A DNA stretch of 64,000 nt from Tubiluchus corallicola (lineage: Eukaryota; Animalia; Priapulida). Of the stretch, positions 59,791 to 64,000 are shown piece after piece. The stretch spans positions 1 to 64,000 of the forward strand of contig JAQGDQ010001038.1 in the NCBI GenBank assembly GCA_030141605.1. Direction: 5' to 3'. The notes under the pieces are model-generated. The model made no database searches. It was not told where the DNA came from and saw only the letters and a program-made list of their open reading frames with translations. A program made the position numbers and the translations under genes. The first letter of the stretch is position 1. Each line of letters opens with the position of its first letter.

Positions 59791-61649
59791 ATTGCATAGC
59801 CTGCTGTAAGGGAAAATGCCTGTACAATACGCGTGAAAGAAAATCTATGAACATTCATATTTGTGTCTCAGCTGGATGCAGGGACCAAAGCAACCAATGT
59901 GTTTTTATTGAAGGTTAAATAATGAGAAGTCTAAACGTCCATTATGCAACAGACAAGCACAATCGTTTAAAATGCTGCTATTCTGTAATAAATGTAGTAA
60001 TAATTTAAAAGCTTATATTAACTTAACTACTTAACCCTAAACTTCAATCAATGCACTTCATTTGCGTCTCCATTAATAAGCAATTGGATCACATTTATCC
60101 TTGAGAGAAAGCAATTTGTGATCTTGGTGATTTTTTAATTACTTCTGATTGATCCCACGACGGACGGTCCTCTCCGTTCTCTTTCATGTGTCCTCAGGCG
60201 ATGGTAATAAATGTGTTTTCACTTAGTATACCAGTCTTTTCGGCATCCTTCATCTGGGCATAAAATTGTCGTTTTGTTTCAGCAATAACCTTGTGCTGAA
60301 AACCATTGTAATTAGAGTAAAAGGACAATTACGGGACAGCTGATTCAAACGTCATATTAAGTGTCAATTCTTTGCTGTTACTAACTTGCTAGTAATAGTA
60401 ACCTTTTGGAATTTGAAAAATTGAAACGAAAACTTCTGTCTCTACAAAAGCTAGTTAGTTTAGTCGTAACTGAGGCGGCTAATTTTGCGAGCAAATTGTA
60501 TGATTAGATAACTAATGTTTGTTGATAAAGATAGTGGTTCTACAGTCCTTGGTTCAAATCCACCTTCAGCTCGCCCTTCTTTTACACTTCTTAGGTTAAA
60601 TTTCTTACACAAAAAATAAGGTTGTACTTTGCAAGTTTTTATACCTTGTGAAACAGTGGTCTAATGTACTAAAGAAAAGTACAAGTCTTTCAGCATGTTG
60701 GGTTTGGTTAACTGTTATCACCTAAACTTGTCAAATTTTAAAGAAGAAATTTGCAAAAAACTGCCTATAAAGTATAAAGTTAATTTATACTACCGCTGTA
60801 TATAAATTTTTAGGCGCAGAGGTAGCCGCCATTCACTTGAAAATTATATCGCAGCTGGTGCATTTCGTGACTTTCGTAAGCGCATCGTGACTTTCCGTAA
60901 TTCGCGCGTTGCTTAAGGTAATTCAAACGTCCGCAGCTTACCTAATGTTTATGCAAAAATATCATAGAATTAGTTATCTATTTTTTTGTAAAAACTTATT
61001 ATACTTTTGACGGATATTGACAGTGCGCTAGTTTTCTCTGACGAACGACGTCATTGGTGGAAGAATGGACGTTCAAAATGGGAGCGCTTATATCGCCAAA
61101 TAATCGCGCTTAAAGTGATTTTACTAATTACACGAAGCATTTATCACACTTATTACGGATTTTCGTTTTACTGAGTCTACTTCATTCAGTGGTATCGTAG
61201 TGATCTCAATATTAACTTCATTAGTCTACTACAGGAATTTTAATTTACACCTGTATAATAGCGCGCTCCTCTCTCTACACAACGTCTGCTTATATTTCTG
61301 CTCAAGCCAACTTGGTAGTAGAAGACTTGATGGTGGTACAAAACCTTCAAGTTATGTTGGCTAAAAAATTCTCAACCACCGAACAGGAGTTTACCATAAC
61401 GCAAGATGAACGTCATTGGTCGATTACCTGCGAATAAAATTAAAAATCAAATTAATAAAGGCGTTCCGGAACACCTTAAATAATTTCCACTTTTGCAATC
61501 TTTGCCAGCTACGCAGTGTGTGCTCCCTCTAATTGTCAAACTCCTACCTGGTACAAGCGTTTTCTTCATACACACTTCAACCTGCTTAATGCAAATCGTT
61601 GCGGCGGGACCGAAATATAGTTCAATATCATTCATTATCATTCTAAGAT

Positions 61650-61677
<28 letters not shown>

Positions 61678-61680
<3 letters not shown>

Positions 61681-61900
61681 ATAATCTTTATTTGCCATAA
61701 AAAATCGATACTAAACACTGAATGGGCAGAGCTGTTAACCAAATTTGGTTGGTAACCCATCCTCTCTCAACCAGGTAAATAGTCTGGGACCGTATGACAG
61801 ATGAAACTGAAAACCAGAATCAACCCTGTCCAGCAGTCACTCATCTATTTCAAGCTAGGCTTTGTGTTGCTTAACTGTCGTACCAGAGCACAGTCGTGAA
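61678..61900 (-). mobile_element. 5S-derived SINE-like element with (ATT)n tail
   Basis: The minus strand reads AGTTAAGC-N22-AGATGAGTGACT (5S A/C-box-like) and ends in AAATAAAGATTATTATT. Confidence 0.4.
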
Positions 61901-64000
61901 CACTCGGTTAAATCCTACGTCCTCCAAATTCTATAGCTTGCCATCTTTTTCTCTTGGCAAAGGAGGAAGATTCAAGCAGCAATTTTAAGTGCTTAACTTC
62001 ATGTTCAAGTTCATGATTATCATTCTAGTTTGCCAAAACACTTCAGTATTTTTTTATTTTGGGAACGTATGCGTAAACTGCACAGAGTTCAAACACATTG
62101 TCGAACTACGTCAGCCCTCTATGATGTCTCAATATGTTTTAATTAATCTGCCACTACTGCCTTACTTATTTTCCATGTTTAAATGTAACACGCAGACCGC
62201 AGACATGTTTTTGTGAATGTTTGTGATAGGATAAAATTGTTTACAATTATCTTTCATTATATTTAACAGAAAATGAAAAACGACCGCATAGACACCCTGC
62301 GGCCATTTCGTGAAACTAATAGAGAGTGACGTGTTTGGGTGTACTTGAAGTATGCCTTCATTTAGTAGCTCGTCTTTAACTCTAGGATGCCAAAAAATAT
62401 CAATTGTGTTTGCAGAGATTTCCGCACAGTGGACGTTCATCTTAAATTTATTACTGTCACATCACCACCTGTCCACTGCAAAATCCTGTAGGATTTTTTT
62501 TATGGCAAGGGTGACTTCGGTGCCCGACAAGACTGTCATGTTTTTTCAATGTGTGAGCCTGAGCAAGTATCGAACCCGCGGCTTGGGGTTCGACCATTCG
62601 CCGGACTTGACAGCTCATTACGCAACTAATTAAAACAATGGAATTATTTCATTCAGTAGTCCTATATGCTGATTACGTTGACAGTTAATAAGGAAAAACC
62701 ACTACAAACAGTGTTTCATGAATGTTTAACTATGTGTTCAGAGTAGATTGTTTAGGGTTAAGTTGATATGCATCTATTGTATCTGCGGCCCTGAGAGTAA
62801 CTGTAACATCGCAACACCCGGGGCAGTCTAAATTCCACTCTTAGTAGGTGAACAACGTAACCTAAATTATAAACCGTTTAAAAATAAATTCATACCATTT
62901 CATATCAAATAATCTTTTTGAGTAATATGATAATTTATGAGATACTTTACTAGATGGAAAATTATTATCTTTTGTGCTCGTTTGAATCTTTAATGAGCAT
63001 CCATATTTTTCTTTTCGCGGGTAGATATTTAAAAACTGTGTTCGCCTGTTTTTACAACTTGGTAATCTATCAAAAAATGGTTAGACACAGAAAAGTAACG
63101 CAGATGGTTGTAGTGAGACCAGAATCTACTCGTTATCGTAAATGATTTTGTGAGAGGAGATAATGAACCAACAGGCGGCATTTTCGGATATTTACGTATT
63201 CACCCTTAACGTTAGAGTATTCTAAACGCCTAGAAGCAATTTTTCTGGTCACTAATCCACTTAATAACCAGACCTAGCGAAACCACTTTGGTTTTAATCA
63301 CGTCCCGCGGCTACTAACCTCTTCTGCTGCTCAAGAAATTAAACAGAACAAGGAAATGACAAGATGTTATTTTCCGAATATTTTCGCTTCGTTTTAGCTT
63401 TTCTTTAATTCCATAAATTCTTTCGACAGTGAAGACAAGACAGTGAAGAAACAATTAAAAACAAATAATATTGTAGTCATAATACTAGAATGAGCTAGCA
63501 TTACAAGTGGTACCTTAGTTTACAAACAAGCAACCGCTGCGTACCACCGAAGCAATCGTAACATCCCTTTACACCAATCTGCTTTACTGCAAGGCTGCCA
63601 TAAGCTCTTCTTCTTCCTCATTTTTTCTCTCTACAAAGGTGAAAAATTCGACAGCAATTATAAGTTCTTAACTTCTCGTTCAAGTGTACTGTGATCAGCC
63701 AAGGTCTCCGAAACACCTTTAACTCTTGCTTACTTCCTTCATTTCTCAGTTTTGTAAACACTTCAATTCTGGTAAAACGTCAAGAGGATTAATTTGTTGT
63801 AAAGAGACTGTGCCTAACCAATTAAGGCAAAAGTCCAGGCTAGCATACCATTATATGCAAAGTGCAACCTGTGTCAATATGAATTATTACGTGAGTTATA
63901 GTCATGATGCTTATTTTCAATAAAACTTATGACTTTTCTCTGGATCTGTAGATTTTATATGCATGGGAGTGTAAATGGTATTAGAGGACCGCTGTATGGA

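Overview
AT-rich, intron-rich invertebrate (metazoan) genomic DNA; no prokaryotic features, CRISPR array or true tRNA/rRNA gene. Four protein-coding genes can be reconstructed by hand with phase-consistent GT-AG junctions. (1) A minus-strand NOXRED1 orthologue (5 exons, 14453-20340, ~595 aa) with a long low-complexity C-terminal extension. (2) A plus-strand secreted trypsin-family protease (8 exons, 23163-30982, 287 aa) with an unusual activation site and cysteine pattern. (3) A plus-strand sea-urchin-Ars-type arylsulfatase (7 exons, 34909-45298, 534 aa). (4) The catalytic exon of a minus-strand GT32 (A4GALT/A4GNT-like) glycosyltransferase (48995-49854), whose 5' exon I could not find. The rest is decayed LINE, SINE, Penelope, Tc1/mariner and Harbinger remnants, palindromic MITE-like elements, a 52-bp minisatellite, and many pure and compound trinucleotide microsatellites. 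A perfect inverted duplication runs off the left edge of the window. I found no clear evidence of a wholly new multi-gene system. The best leads are the atypical trypsin, the extended NOXRED1, a microsatellite acting as a 3' splice region, hammerhead-like motifs and the inverted duplication. All homology calls are from memory of family sequences, not database searches.
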